Source: Escherichia phage vB_EcoM-UFV13. From it: 64,000 nt of DNA. The translations under genes and the position numbers were made by a program. Below the pieces are notes generated by a model. It was not told where the DNA came from and did no database searches. It saw only the letters and a program-made list of their open reading frames with translations. Positions 50,440 through 60,849 of this stretch are shown piece by piece; positions within the stretch are counted from its first letter, which is position 1, and every line of letters starts with the position of its first letter. The stretch lies in sequence record NC_031103.1; one strand, given 5' to 3'.

Positions 50440-53400
50440 ATGGCCGAGATTAAAAGAAAGTTCAGAGCAGAAGATGGTCTGGACGCAGGTGGTGATAAAA
50501 TAATCAACGTAGCTTTAGCTGATCGTACCGTAGGAACTGACGGTGTTAACGTTGATTATCTAATTCAAGAAAACACAGTTCAACAATATGATCCAACTCG
50601 TGGATATTTAAAAGATTTTGTAATCATTTATGATAACCGCTTTTGGGCTGCTATAAATGATATTCCAAAACCAGCAGGAGCTTTTAATAGCGGACGCTGG
50701 AGAGCATTACGTACCGATGCTAACTGGATTACGGTTTCATCTGGTTCATATCAATTAAAATCCGGTGAAGCAATTTCGGTTAACACTGCAGCTGGTAATG
50801 ATATTACATTTACTTTACCATCTACCCCAATTGATGGTGATACTATCGTTCTCCAAGATATTGGAGGAAAACCTGGAGTTAACCAAGTTTTAATTGTAGC
50901 TCCGGTGCAAAGTATTGTAAACTTCAGAGGTCAACAAGTACGTTCAGTACTAATGACTCATCCAAAGTCACAGCTAGTTTTAATTTTTAGTAATCGTCTG
51001 TGGCAAATGTATGTTGCTGATTATAGTAGAGAAGCTGTAGTTGTAACACCAGCGAATACTTATCAAGCACAGTCTAACGATTTTATCGTACGTAGATTTA
51101 CTTCTGCTGCACCAATTAATATTAAACTTCCGAGATTTGCTAATCACGGAGATATTATTAATTTCGTTGATTTGGATAAATTAAATCCACTTTATCATAC
51201 AATTGTTACTACATACGATGAAACTACTTCAATACAAGAAGATGGAACTCATTCTATTGAAGGCCGTACATCGATTGACGGTTTCTTGATGTTTGATGAT
51301 AATGAGAAATTGTGGAGATTGTTTGACGGAGACAGTAAAGCACGTTTACGTATCATAACGACTAATTCAAACATTCGTCCAAATGAAGAAGTTATGGTAT
51401 TTGGTGCGAATAACGGAACAACTCAAACAATTGAGCTTCAGCTTCCAACTAATATTTCTGTTGGTGATACTGTTAAAATTTCCATGAATTACATGAGAAA
51501 AGGACAAACAGTTAAAATCAAAGCTGCCGGTGAAGATAAAATTGCTTCTTCAGTTCAATTGCTGCAATTCCCAAAACGCTCAGAATATCCGCCTGAAGCT
51601 GAATGGGTTACAGTTCAAGAATTAGTTTTTAATGGTGAAACTAATTATGTTCCAGTTTTAGAGCTTGCTTATATAGAAGATTCTGATGGAAAATACTGGG
51701 TTGTACAGCAAAACGTTCCAACTGTAGAAAGAGTTGATTCTTTAAATGATTCTACTAGAGCAAGATTAGGCGTAATTGCTTTAGCTACACAAGCTCAAGC
51801 TAATGTCGATTTAGAAAATTCTCCACAAAAAGAATTAGCAATTACTCCAGAAACGTTAGCTAATCGTACTGCTACAGAAACTCGTAGAGGTATCGCAAGA
51901 ATAGCAACTACTGCTCAAGTGAATCAGAACTCCACATTCTCTTTTGCTGATGATATTATCATCACTCCTAAAAAGCTGAATGAAAGAACTGCTACAGAAA
52001 CTCGTAGAGGCGTTGCTGAAATTGCTACGCAACAGGAAACTAATGCAGGTACTGATGACACTACAATCATCACTCCTAAAAAGCTTCAAGCTCGTCAAGG
52101 TTCTGAATCATTATCTGGTATTGTAACTTTTGTATCTACTGCAGGTGCTACTCCAGCTTCTAGCCGTGAATTAAATGGTACCAACGTTTATAATAAAAAC
52201 ACTAATAATTTAGTTGTTTCACCTAAAGCTTTGGATCAGTATAAAGCTACGCCTACTCAACAGGGTGCAGTAATTTTAGCAGTTGAAAGTGAAGTAATTG
52301 CTGGACAAAGTCAGCAAGGATGGGCAAATGCTGTTGTAACTCCAGAAACGTTACACAAAAAGACATCAACTGATGGAAGAATTGGTTTAATTGAAATTGC
52401 TACGCAAAGTGAAGTTAATACAGGAACTGATTATACTCGTGCAGTCACTCCTAAAACTTTAAATGACCGTAGAGCAACTGAAAGTTTAAGTGGTATAGCT
52501 GAAATTGCTACACAAGTTGAATTCGACGCAGGCGTCGACGATACTCGTATCTCTACACCATTAAAAATTAAAACCAGATTTAATAGTACTGATCGTACTT
52601 CTGTTGTTGCTCTATCTGGATTAGTTGAATCAGGAACTCTCTGGGACCATTATACCCTTAATATTCTTGAAGCAAATGAGACACAGCGTGGTACACTTCG
52701 TGTAGCTACACAAGTTGAAGCTGCTGCAGGAAAATTAGATAATGTTTTAATAACTCCTAAAAAGCTTTTAGGTACTAAATCTACCGAATCGCAAGAAGGT
52801 GTTATTAAAGTTGCAACTCAGTCTGAAACTGTGGCTGGAACGTCAGCAAATACTGCTGTATCTCCAAAAAATTTAAAATGGATTGTGCAGAGTGAACCTA
52901 CCTGGGCAGCTACTACTGCGATAAGAGGTTTTGTTAAAACTTCATCTGGTTCAATTACATTCGTTGGTAATGATACAGTCGGTTCTACCCAAGATTTAGA
53001 ACTGTATGAGAAAAATAGCTATGCGGTATCACCATATGAATTAAACCGTGTATTAGCAAATTATTTGCCGTTAAAAGCAAAAGCTGCTGATACAAATTTA
53101 TTAGATGGTCTAGATTCATCTCAGTTCATTCGTAGGGATATTGCACAGACGGTTAATGGTTCACTAACCTTAGCCCAACAAACGAATCTGAGTGCCCCTC
53201 TTGTATCATCTAGTACTGCTACGTTTGGTGGTTCAGTTTCGGCAAATAGTACATTAACTATTTCTAATACTGGAACGGCAACTCGTCTGATTTTTGAGAA
53301 AGGACCTCAGACTGGAACTAACCCAGCACAGACGATGACTATCAGAGTTTGGGGAAATCAGTTTGGCGGCGGATCAGATACAACGCGTTCTACTGTATTT

Positions 53401-54309
53401 GAAGTTGGTGATGAAACATCTAATCACTTTTATTCTCAACGTAATAAAGCTGGGAATATAACGTTTAGTATCAATGGTACTGTGATGCCAATAAATGTTA
53501 ACGCTTCAGGCACGTTAAATGCGAATGGCGTTGCAACATTTGGTCGTTCAGTTACAGCCAATGGTGAATTCATTAGCAAGTCTGCAAATGCTTTCAGAGC
53601 AATTAGTGGTGATTACGGATTCTTTATTCGTAATGATGGCGGCAGCACATATTTTATGCTCACTGCATCCGGTGATCAGACTGGCGGATTTAATGGATTA
53701 CGTCCTTTGGCTATTAATAATGCATCTGGCCAAGTAACGATTGGTGAAGGCTTAATCATTGCCAAAGGTGCTACTATAAATTCAGGTGGTTTGACTGTTA
53801 ACTCGAGAATTCGTTCTCAGGGCAATAAAACATCTGATTTATATACTCGTGCTCCTACTGCTGATACAGTCGGATTCTGGTCAATTGATATTAATGATTC
53901 AGCCACTTATAACCAGTTCCCGGGTTATTTTAAAATGGTTGAAAAAACTAATGAAGTGACTGGGCTTCCATACTTAGAACGTGGCGAAGAAGTTAAATCT
54001 CCTGGTACACTGACACAGTTTGGTAACACACTTGATTCGCTTTACCAAGATTGGATTACTTATCCAACAACTCCAGAAGCGCGTACCACTCGTTGGACCC
54101 GCACATGGCAGAAAACCAAAAACTCTTGGTCAAGTTTTGTTCAGGTATTTGACGGAGGTAACCCTCCTCAGCCGTCTGATATCGGTGCTTTACCATCTGA
54201 TAATGCTACAATGGGGAATCTTACTATTCGTGATTTCTTACGAATTGGTAATGTTCGCATTATTCCTGACCCAGTGAATAAAACGGTTAAATTTGAATGG
54301 GTTGAATAA
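50440..54309 (+). CDS. 34: Long tail fibre proximal subunit gp34
   Basis: 1289 aa as in T4 gp34; internal fibre repeat motifs. Confidence 0.95.
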   Translation: MAEIKRKFRAEDGLDAGGDKIINVALADRTVGTDGVNVDYLIQENTVQQYDPTRGYLKDFVIIYDNRFWAAINDIPKPAGAFNSGRWRALRTDANWITVSSGSYQLKSGEAISVNTAAGNDITFTLPSTPIDGDTIVLQDIGGKPGVNQVLIVAPVQSIVNFRGQQVRSVLMTHPKSQLVLIFSNRLWQMYVADYSREAVVVTPANTYQAQSNDFIVRRFTSAAPINIKLPRFANHGDIINFVDLDKLNPLYHTIVTTYDETTSIQEDGTHSIEGRTSIDGFLMFDDNEKLWRLFDGDSKARLRIITTNSNIRPNEEVMVFGANNGTTQTIELQLPTNISVGDTVKISMNYMRKGQTVKIKAAGEDKIASSVQLLQFPKRSEYPPEAEWVTVQELVFNGETNYVPVLELAYIEDSDGKYWVVQQNVPTVERVDSLNDSTRARLGVIALATQAQANVDLENSPQKELAITPETLANRTATETRRGIARIATTAQVNQNSTFSFADDIIITPKKLNERTATETRRGVAEIATQQETNAGTDDTTIITPKKLQARQGSESLSGIVTFVSTAGATPASSRELNGTNVYNKNTNNLVVSPKALDQYKATPTQQGAVILAVESEVIAGQSQQGWANAVVTPETLHKKTSTDGRIGLIEIATQSEVNTGTDYTRAVTPKTLNDRRATESLSGIAEIATQVEFDAGVDDTRISTPLKIKTRFNSTDRTSVVALSGLVESGTLWDHYTLNILEANETQRGTLRVATQVEAAAGKLDNVLITPKKLLGTKSTESQEGVIKVATQSETVAGTSANTAVSPKNLKWIVQSEPTWAATTAIRGFVKTSSGSITFVGNDTVGSTQDLELYEKNSYAVSPYELNRVLANYLPLKAKAADTNLLDGLDSSQFIRRDIAQTVNGSLTLAQQTNLSAPLVSSSTATFGGSVSANSTLTISNTGTATRLIFEKGPQTGTNPAQTMTIRVWGNQFGGGSDTTRSTVFEVGDETSNHFYSQRNKAGNITFSINGTVMPINVNASGTLNANGVATFGRSVTANGEFISKSANAFRAISGDYGFFIRNDGGSTYFMLTASGDQTGGFNGLRPLAINNASGQVTIGEGLIIAKGATINSGGLTVNSRIRSQGNKTSDLYTRAPTADTVGFWSIDINDSATYNQFPGYFKMVEKTNEVTGLPYLERGEEVKSPGTLTQFGNTLDSLYQDWITYPTTPEARTTRWTRTWQKTKNSWSSFVQVFDGGNPPQPSDIGALPSDNATMGNLTIRDFLRIGNVRIIPDPVNKTVKFEWVE

Positions 54310-54317
54310 GAGGTATT

Positions 54318-55433
54318 ATGGAAAAATTTATGGCAGAGTTTGGACAAGGATATGTCCAAACGCCATTTTTATCGGAAAGCAATTCAGTAAGATATAAAAT
54401 AAGCATAGCGGGTTCTTGCCAGCTTTCTACAGCAGGACCATACGTTAAATTTCAGGATAATCCTATCGGAAATCAAACATTTAGCGCAGGCCTTCATTTA
54501 AGAGTTTTTGACCCTTCCACCGGAGCATTAGTTGATAGTAAGTCATATGCTTTTTCTACTTCAAATGATACTACATCAGCTGCTTTTGTTAGTTTCATGA
54601 ATTCTTTGGCGAATAATAGACTTGTTGCTATATTAACTAACGGAAAGGTTAATTTTCCTCCTGAAGTAGTATCTTGGTTAAGAACCGCAGGAACGTCTGC
54701 TTTTCCATCTGATTCTATATTGTCAAGATTCGACGTATCATATGCTGCTTTTTATACTTCTTCTAAAAGAGCTATTGCATTAGAGCATGTTAAACTGAGT
54801 AATAGAAAAAGCACAGATGATTATCAAACTATTTTAGATGTAGTATTTGACAGTTTAGAAGATGTAGGAGCTACCGGGTTTCCAAGAAGAACGTATGAAA
54901 GCGTTGAGCAATTCATGTCAGCGGTTGGTGGAACTAATAATGAAATTGCGAGATTGCCAACTTCAGCTGCTATAAGTAAACTCTCTGATTATAATTTAAT
55001 TCCTGGTGATGTTCTTTATCTTAAAGCTCAGTTATATGCTGATGCTGATTTACTTGCGCTTGGAACTACAAATATATCTATCCGTTTTTATAATGCATCA
55101 AATGGATATATTTCTTCAACACAAGCTGAGTTCACCGGACAAGCTGGGTCTTGGGAATTAAAGGAAGACTATGTAGTTGTTCCAGAAAACGCTGTCGGAT
55201 TTACGATATATGCACAAAGAACTGCACAAGCCGGTCAAGGCGGCATGAGAAATTTAAGCTTTTCTGAAGTGTCAAGAAATGGAGGTATTTCGAAACCTGC
55301 TGAATTTGGCGTCAACGGCATTCGTGTTAATTATATCTGTGAATCTGCTTCACCTCCGGATATAATGGTACTTCCTACGCAAGCATCGTCTAAAACTGGT
55401 AAAGTGTTTGGGCAAGAATTTAGAGAAGTATAA
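54318..55433 (+). CDS. 35: Long tail fibre hinge protein gp35
   Basis: 371 aa; position. Confidence 0.9.
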   Translation: MEKFMAEFGQGYVQTPFLSESNSVRYKISIAGSCQLSTAGPYVKFQDNPIGNQTFSAGLHLRVFDPSTGALVDSKSYAFSTSNDTTSAAFVSFMNSLANNRLVAILTNGKVNFPPEVVSWLRTAGTSAFPSDSILSRFDVSYAAFYTSSKRAIALEHVKLSNRKSTDDYQTILDVVFDSLEDVGATGFPRRTYESVEQFMSAVGGTNNEIARLPTSAAISKLSDYNLIPGDVLYLKAQLYADADLLALGTTNISIRFYNASNGYISSTQAEFTGQAGSWELKEDYVVVPENAVGFTIYAQRTAQAGQGGMRNLSFSEVSRNGGISKPAEFGVNGIRVNYICESASPPDIMVLPTQASSKTGKVFGQEFREV

Positions 55434-55438
55434 ATTGA

Positions 55439-55456
55439 GGGAGCCTTCGGGTTCCC
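55439..55456 (+). terminator. Stem-loop after gene 35 (GGGAGCC-TTCG-GGTTCCC then T-run)
   Basis: 7-bp stem (one G.U pair) with UUCG loop followed by TTTTTCTTT. Confidence 0.65.
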
Positions 55457-55464
55457 TTTTTCTT

Positions 55465-55472
55465 TATAAATA
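55465..55472 (+). promoter_or_regulatory. T4-type late promoter TATAAATA for gene 36
   Basis: Exact TATAAATA 24 nt upstream of the gene 36 ATG. Confidence 0.7.
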
Positions 55473-55495
55473 CTATTAAAATAAAGGGGCATACA

Positions 55496-56158
55496 ATGGC
55501 TGATTTAAAAGTAGGTTCAACAACTGGAGGCTCTGTCATTTGGCATCAAGGAAATTTTCCATTGAATCCAGCCGGTGACGATGTACTCTATAAATCATTT
55601 AAAATATATTCAGAATACAATAAACCACAAGCTGCTGATAACGATTTCGTTTCTAAAGCTAATGGTGGTACTTACGCCGCGACTGTTCGATTTAATGGAG
55701 GAGTACATGTTCCTACTATAGGTAGTAGTCAACAGTGTGGTGTTTATCCAGGTAACGGTGATGCAGCTACTTTTGCTATGGCAAATATTGACATCGTTTC
55801 GTGGAATGGTATTGGTTTTAAATCATCACAAGGTTCAGCAGACCGAACTGTTGTAATTAATGCACGTAATGGTGATATTAGTACAAAAGGCGTTGTGACA
55901 GCAGTAGGTCAAATAAGAAGTAATGCAGTTACTCCTATAGCAGCGAATGACCTTACTAGAAAGGACTATGTTGATGGAGCAATAAATACTGTTACAGCAA
56001 ATGCGAACTCTAGAGTGTTGCGTTCTGGCGATACTATGACAGGGAACTTAACCGCACCAAACTTTTTTTCGCAGAATCCTGCATCTCAACCTTCACATGT
56101 TCCACGATTTGACCAAATCGTAATTAAGGATTCTGTTCAAGATTTCGGCTATTATTAA
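55496..56158 (+). CDS. 36: Long tail fibre distal connector gp36
   Basis: 220 aa; position. Confidence 0.9.
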   Translation: MADLKVGSTTGGSVIWHQGNFPLNPAGDDVLYKSFKIYSEYNKPQAADNDFVSKANGGTYAATVRFNGGVHVPTIGSSQQCGVYPGNGDAATFAMANIDIVSWNGIGFKSSQGSADRTVVINARNGDISTKGVVTAVGQIRSNAVTPIAANDLTRKDYVDGAINTVTANANSRVLRSGDTMTGNLTAPNFFSQNPASQPSHVPRFDQIVIKDSVQDFGYY

Positions 56159-56166
56159 GAGGACTT

Positions 56167-59100
56167 ATGGCTACTTTAAAACAGATACAATTTAAAAGAA
56201 GCAAAACCGCAGGTGCACGTCCTGCTGCTTCAGTATTAGCCGAAGGTGAATTGGCTATAAACTTAAAAGATAGAACAATTTTTACTAAAGATGATTCGGG
56301 AAATATCATTGATCTAGGTATTGCTAAAGGCGGTCAAATTGATGGAAATGTGACTATCAATGGTCTTTTAAGATTAAATGGGGATTATACACAAACTGGT
56401 GGAATGACCGTAAATGGACCTATTGGTTCTACTGAAGGCGTATCCGCCTTAGTTTTTAGATCTATGCGAGGGTCATTTTACGCAAGAGCAACAAATGATA
56501 CTTCCAATGCCCATCTTTGGTTTGAAAATACAAATGGATCAGAGAGAGGTGTTTTATATTCAAAACCGCAGTCTGAAAATGAAGGCGTAATTACAATGCG
56601 CGTTCGTCAAGGAACCGCAGCAGGGGCTCAAAATTCAGAATTTCATTTCATTTCTACTGATGGCGGTATCTTCCAGGCACGCAAATTAACTGCTTTAACT
56701 TCTATTAGTACACCAACTATTAGTGTTAATTTAATTAATCACGATTCTAAAGCCTTTGGACAATATGATTCACAGTCATTAGTTCAGTATGTTTATCCTG
56801 GAACAGGTGAAACAAATGGCGTAAACTATCTTCGTAAAGTTCGTGCTAAATCAGGTGGTACAATTTATCATGAAATTTGTACAGCTCAGACTGGGCTGGC
56901 AGATGAAATGTCATGGTGGACTGGTAATACACCGTTATTTAAACTATACGGTATTCGTAACGACGGTAGAATGATTATCCGCAATAGCTTGGCCATTGGT
57001 ACTGTGACTGAAGGATACCCGTCAAGCGATTATGGAAATACCGGGGTAATGGGAGATAGGTATTTAGCTCTTGGCGATAATGCTTCTGGACTTAAATGGG
57101 TTCGTACTGGCGTTATTGACTTAATGGCTAACGGTATTTCTGCGGCGACTATTATTAATAATGGTATTAATAGTACTAAAAAATTGATGGTCGGTTATAG
57201 CCGCGATTCTGGTACTACATGGGATTTTCCAAATAACAACCAAGCAATGTTTACTGCGCGTACCGATATTGATGGTAATAATAACGGTGATGGGCAAACT
57301 CATATCGGTTATAACAGTAATTCTAAAATGTATCACTATTTCCGTGGTACAGGTCGTATGGCTGTTGGTATGTCCCAAGGTCTCCTTGTTGAACCAGGAA
57401 TTTTAGATATTAACACTGGTTCTAACAGAGTTGCTATTAGAGCAGATGGTACATTTGACTCAACCCAACGTATTTCTATGCGTACGGGCTTGTTTTTAAG
57501 CGGTGATGATAATACTAATGCTTTATTGTTTAAAGCGCCTTCCGGCGTAGATGGTACTAAACCCATTAGCTGGGCCGCAGGTACTCGTAACGGTCAGAAT
57601 AAAAATGACATTTCAATTAAAGTATGGGGTAATGCCTTTAACTCAGTTCCGGGTATTAGAGAAACTGTATTTGAAGTATATGATTCACAAGGTTATTATT
57701 TTTATTCACAACGCCAGCGCCCAGAAGGTTCTGAAACTGTTGGGCCTGTTGTAACTCAGTTCAGTGGTCAAGTTAATGCTAACGGCTCTATTAGCACTGC
57801 AGGAAATCTTAAAGTTGATGGTTTGAGTACTTTAAACGGTAATGTTACAATGAAGAACGGTTTGTTTGTTCAAGGTGGTTCTTCTATTACTGGACAAGTT
57901 AAAATCGGCGGAACAGCTGACGCATTAAGAATTTGGAATGCTGAATATGGTGCTATTTTCCGCCGTTCGGAAAGTAATCTTTATATTATCCCGACTCCTA
58001 AAGGTGCCGGAGAATCGGGCGGTATAAGTAATCTTAGACCATTGATAATAGAACTGAACACTGGTACAGTTAAAATGTCGCATGATGTTCATTTAGGAGA
58101 TTCTGGATCTGGTACAGGATTATTACAAGTAAGTAATAGTCTTAAAACTATTAAAATGATATGTCCAGTAACTATTAATGAACGCAATGCAGCGCTTACT
58201 TTAGATTCTCCTTCATCTTCTTCTGCTAATTATTTACAGGGTTCTAAAGCTGGAACTAGATCATGGTATGTTGGTCTTGGTGGCGCTGGAAATGATTTAT
58301 CGCTTTATAGCCAATCTTATGGACATGGTCTTGTTATAAGCGATAATTTCGTGTCAATCAGTAAACCTCTTAAAGTCGGAAATGCCCAATTAGGAACTGA
58401 CGGTAATATTACCAATGGTTCAGGAAACTTTGCCAACTTAAACACCACGTTAAATCGTAAAGTTAATTCTGGATTTATTACTTATGGAGCAACTGCTGGC
58501 TGGTATAAGTTTGCAACAGTAACAATGCCACAATCCACTTCTACGGTCTTCTTTAAAATAGCCGGTGGTTCTGGATTTAATAGCGGATTATTCACACAAT
58601 GCAATATTGCTGAAATTGTTTTACGTACTAGTAATGAAAGACCTGCTGACTTAAATGCTGTATTATATACAAGAACATCTGGACTGTATAGCGCAGCATT
58701 TAGAAATATTGCAGTTAACAATGTCTCTGGAAATACATATGACATTTATGTTTATGCCGGAACATATTGTAATCAACTAGCGTGTGAATGGTCATGTACC
58801 GAAAATGCTACTGTTAGCGTTATTGGTATTAACTCATCTACACAATCACCTGTAGATGCTCTTCCAGATACAGCAGTTAACGGTCAAGTTGCTAATGTTC
58901 TTAATAACTTGGTTGATCGTGGTAAAGCAAAACGTTATGTAGCAGAGTCGGAAATTGCTATTAATAACCAAACTGGTATTCGTATTACGAGTAATTCTGA
59001 TAGATCAGGTTCTAATTCCGTTTTATTTCGAAATGACGGTGGAAACTTCTATATTTTACTGACCGACAAAAACTCTTCGGACGGCGATAATAAAGCGACT

Positions 59101-60027
59101 GAAGGCGATTGGAATGGAAAACGACCGTTTTCCATTGATATGACTGCTGGTACTGTTCGTCTTGGCGAAAATACTTCTTTTGATAAAGATATTACTATTA
59201 ATGGAAACATTAATTCACGAGTTAAAGCTGCCGGACAATGGAGTGTTAGCTTTTCTGCTATTTCAGATGTGACTCGCGACAATTCTGCATTCTTAGCGAA
59301 TACGGGTGGCATTTCCAAGACAAGTCAAGCTTATTACCCGCTATTTTCTGGATACAGTTTTTTAACTGACGCGGGTTATCGACAATCGTTTGAATTTGGA
59401 TGGTTAGGTGTTTCTGGTACTTGGCGCCAAGGCATTATTCGCATGCGTGGTGACAACGCATCGGGGCAACAGGCTCGTTGGACTTTTGATATGGATGGAA
59501 CATTTTATGCTCCTATACTATCATGCGGATCTGCGAGAGCATTCGGTGTCAATACATCAAATGGTCTCGGTGGAAACAGTATAACATTTGGTGATAGCGA
59601 TACCGGTATTAAGCAAAATGGTGATGGATTATTAGACATATATGCGAACAACGCACAAGTATTCCGTTTCCAAAACGGCGATTTGTACTCATACAAAAAT
59701 ATAAATGCTCCAAACGTTTATATTCGTTCTGATATTCGTTTAAAATCCAACTTCAAACCTATCGAAAATGCACTTGATAAAGTTGAAAAACTTAACGGTG
59801 TCATTTACGATAAAGCTGAATACATCGGTGGAGAGGCAATTGAAACTGAAGCGGGTATTGTGGCTCAAACGTTGCAAGACGTTTTACCAGAAGCTGTCCG
59901 TGAAACAGAAGACAGTAAGGGTAATAAAATACTCACTGTTTCTTCTCAAGCCCAGATTGCTCTTCTAGTTGAAGCTGTGAAAACACTTTCTTCTCGTGTA
60001 AAAGAACTTGAATCTAAACTTATGTAA
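56167..60027 (+). CDS. 37: Long tail fibre distal subunit gp37 with C-terminal intramolecular chaperone (self-cleaving) domain; T2/T6-type
   Basis: 1286 aa (T4 gp37 is 1026 aa); N-terminus conserved with T4; C-terminal about 110 aa carries the SD-x-RLK autoproteolysis motif (RSDIRLKSN) and a coiled-coil tail. Confidence 0.9.
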   Translation: MATLKQIQFKRSKTAGARPAASVLAEGELAINLKDRTIFTKDDSGNIIDLGIAKGGQIDGNVTINGLLRLNGDYTQTGGMTVNGPIGSTEGVSALVFRSMRGSFYARATNDTSNAHLWFENTNGSERGVLYSKPQSENEGVITMRVRQGTAAGAQNSEFHFISTDGGIFQARKLTALTSISTPTISVNLINHDSKAFGQYDSQSLVQYVYPGTGETNGVNYLRKVRAKSGGTIYHEICTAQTGLADEMSWWTGNTPLFKLYGIRNDGRMIIRNSLAIGTVTEGYPSSDYGNTGVMGDRYLALGDNASGLKWVRTGVIDLMANGISAATIINNGINSTKKLMVGYSRDSGTTWDFPNNNQAMFTARTDIDGNNNGDGQTHIGYNSNSKMYHYFRGTGRMAVGMSQGLLVEPGILDINTGSNRVAIRADGTFDSTQRISMRTGLFLSGDDNTNALLFKAPSGVDGTKPISWAAGTRNGQNKNDISIKVWGNAFNSVPGIRETVFEVYDSQGYYFYSQRQRPEGSETVGPVVTQFSGQVNANGSISTAGNLKVDGLSTLNGNVTMKNGLFVQGGSSITGQVKIGGTADALRIWNAEYGAIFRRSESNLYIIPTPKGAGESGGISNLRPLIIELNTGTVKMSHDVHLGDSGSGTGLLQVSNSLKTIKMICPVTINERNAALTLDSPSSSSANYLQGSKAGTRSWYVGLGGAGNDLSLYSQSYGHGLVISDNFVSISKPLKVGNAQLGTDGNITNGSGNFANLNTTLNRKVNSGFITYGATAGWYKFATVTMPQSTSTVFFKIAGGSGFNSGLFTQCNIAEIVLRTSNERPADLNAVLYTRTSGLYSAAFRNIAVNNVSGNTYDIYVYAGTYCNQLACEWSCTENATVSVIGINSSTQSPVDALPDTAVNGQVANVLNNLVDRGKAKRYVAESEIAINNQTGIRITSNSDRSGSNSVLFRNDGGNFYILLTDKNSSDGDNKATEGDWNGKRPFSIDMTAGTVRLGENTSFDKDITINGNINSRVKAAGQWSVSFSAISDVTRDNSAFLANTGGISKTSQAYYPLFSGYSFLTDAGYRQSFEFGWLGVSGTWRQGIIRMRGDNASGQQARWTFDMDGTFYAPILSCGSARAFGVNTSNGLGGNSITFGDSDTGIKQNGDGLLDIYANNAQVFRFQNGDLYSYKNINAPNVYIRSDIRLKSNFKPIENALDKVEKLNGVIYDKAEYIGGEAIETEAGIVAQTLQDVLPEAVRETEDSKGNKILTVSSQAQIALLVEAVKTLSSRVKELESKLM

Positions 60028-60029
60028 AA

Positions 60030-60045
60030 GAGGGCTTCGGCCCTC
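60030..60045 (+). other. Stem-loop between genes 37 and 38 (GAGGGC-TTCG-GCCCTC)
   Basis: Perfect 6-bp GC stem with UUCG loop 3 nt after the gene 37 stop. Confidence 0.6.
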
Positions 60046-60057
60046 TAAGGATTTTTA

Positions 60058-60849
60058 ATGGCAATTGTAGGTGTTCCTGGCTGGATTGGCGAATCTGCCG
60101 TGAATGAAACTGGACAACGTTGGATGGATGCTGCGATGAAAGCTGTTCGTGTTTCAGTTCCCGGTTGGATGAGTTCAATGGCTGGGCAATCTAAAGAAGT
60201 ATATTATAGTGTTGGTGCTAGTAATTCTTATAATAAAGACACACTAATAAATTGGATAAAAGCTCAAGGAAGTACTCCTGTTGTTATTACTATTACAGGA
60301 AATATTGTTTCTCAATCTACTGGTGTTCCATGCTTAGATTTTCCTAGCTCATTAACTAATGCGTATGTTACCTTAAATATTAATAGCGGGGTTCATGTAT
60401 TAGGTCGGGGAGGAAATGGCGGAAGTAACTCTGCTGGTGGAGCAGGAGGAACTGCAATAAATAACGGAATTGGAACTCGTTTAAGAATAAACAATAATGG
60501 TATTATTGGTGGCGGTGGCGGTGGCGGCGCAGGTGCTAGATACAATCCTTTCCCTCAAATGGATATGAAATTTGGCGGCGGAGGAGGTCGTCCATTTGGT
60601 GCTGCCGGTGCAGCCGGTGGCGGCGCAGCGGCTGCATCTGCCGGTACAATTTCTGCTCCTGGTAAAGGCACTGTTTCTGGGGTTCACCATGGAGGAGATG
60701 GTGGAGATTTGGGAGCTGCTGGCAAATCTTCATATATTCAAGGTGGTACTGGAGGAACTGTTCACTCGGGTGGTGCTGCGGGTAAAGCTGTTACTGGTAA
60801 TGCTCCAACTTGGACTAAAGTTGGTACAATATATGGTGCAAGAGTATAA
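60058..60849 (+). CDS. 38: gp38 receptor-binding adhesin (glycine-rich-motif type, T2/T6-like)
   Basis: 263 aa (T4 gp38 chaperone is 183 aa); conserved N-terminal gp37-attachment region; C-terminal poly-Gly motifs (GGGGGGGAGA, GGGGRPFGAAGAAGGG) separated by variable segments. Confidence 0.85.
   Translation: MAIVGVPGWIGESAVNETGQRWMDAAMKAVRVSVPGWMSSMAGQSKEVYYSVGASNSYNKDTLINWIKAQGSTPVVITITGNIVSQSTGVPCLDFPSSLTNAYVTLNINSGVHVLGRGGNGGSNSAGGAGGTAINNGIGTRLRINNNGIIGGGGGGGAGARYNPFPQMDMKFGGGGGRPFGAAGAAGGGAAAASAGTISAPGKGTVSGVHHGGDGGDLGAAGKSSYIQGGTGGTVHSGGAAGKAVTGNAPTWTKVGTIYGARV

Noticed and set aside
53519-54277. Plus-strand alternative-frame ORFs inside gene 34 (53519-53737, 54020-54277)
   Set aside because: Embedded in the gp34 coding frame; no independent signals
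60505-60610. Short tandem GGTGGCGG-type repeats, considered as a possible CRISPR or VNTR
   Set aside because: They are in-frame glycine codons of gp38; no spacer-repeat periodicity; no CRISPR array anywhere in the window
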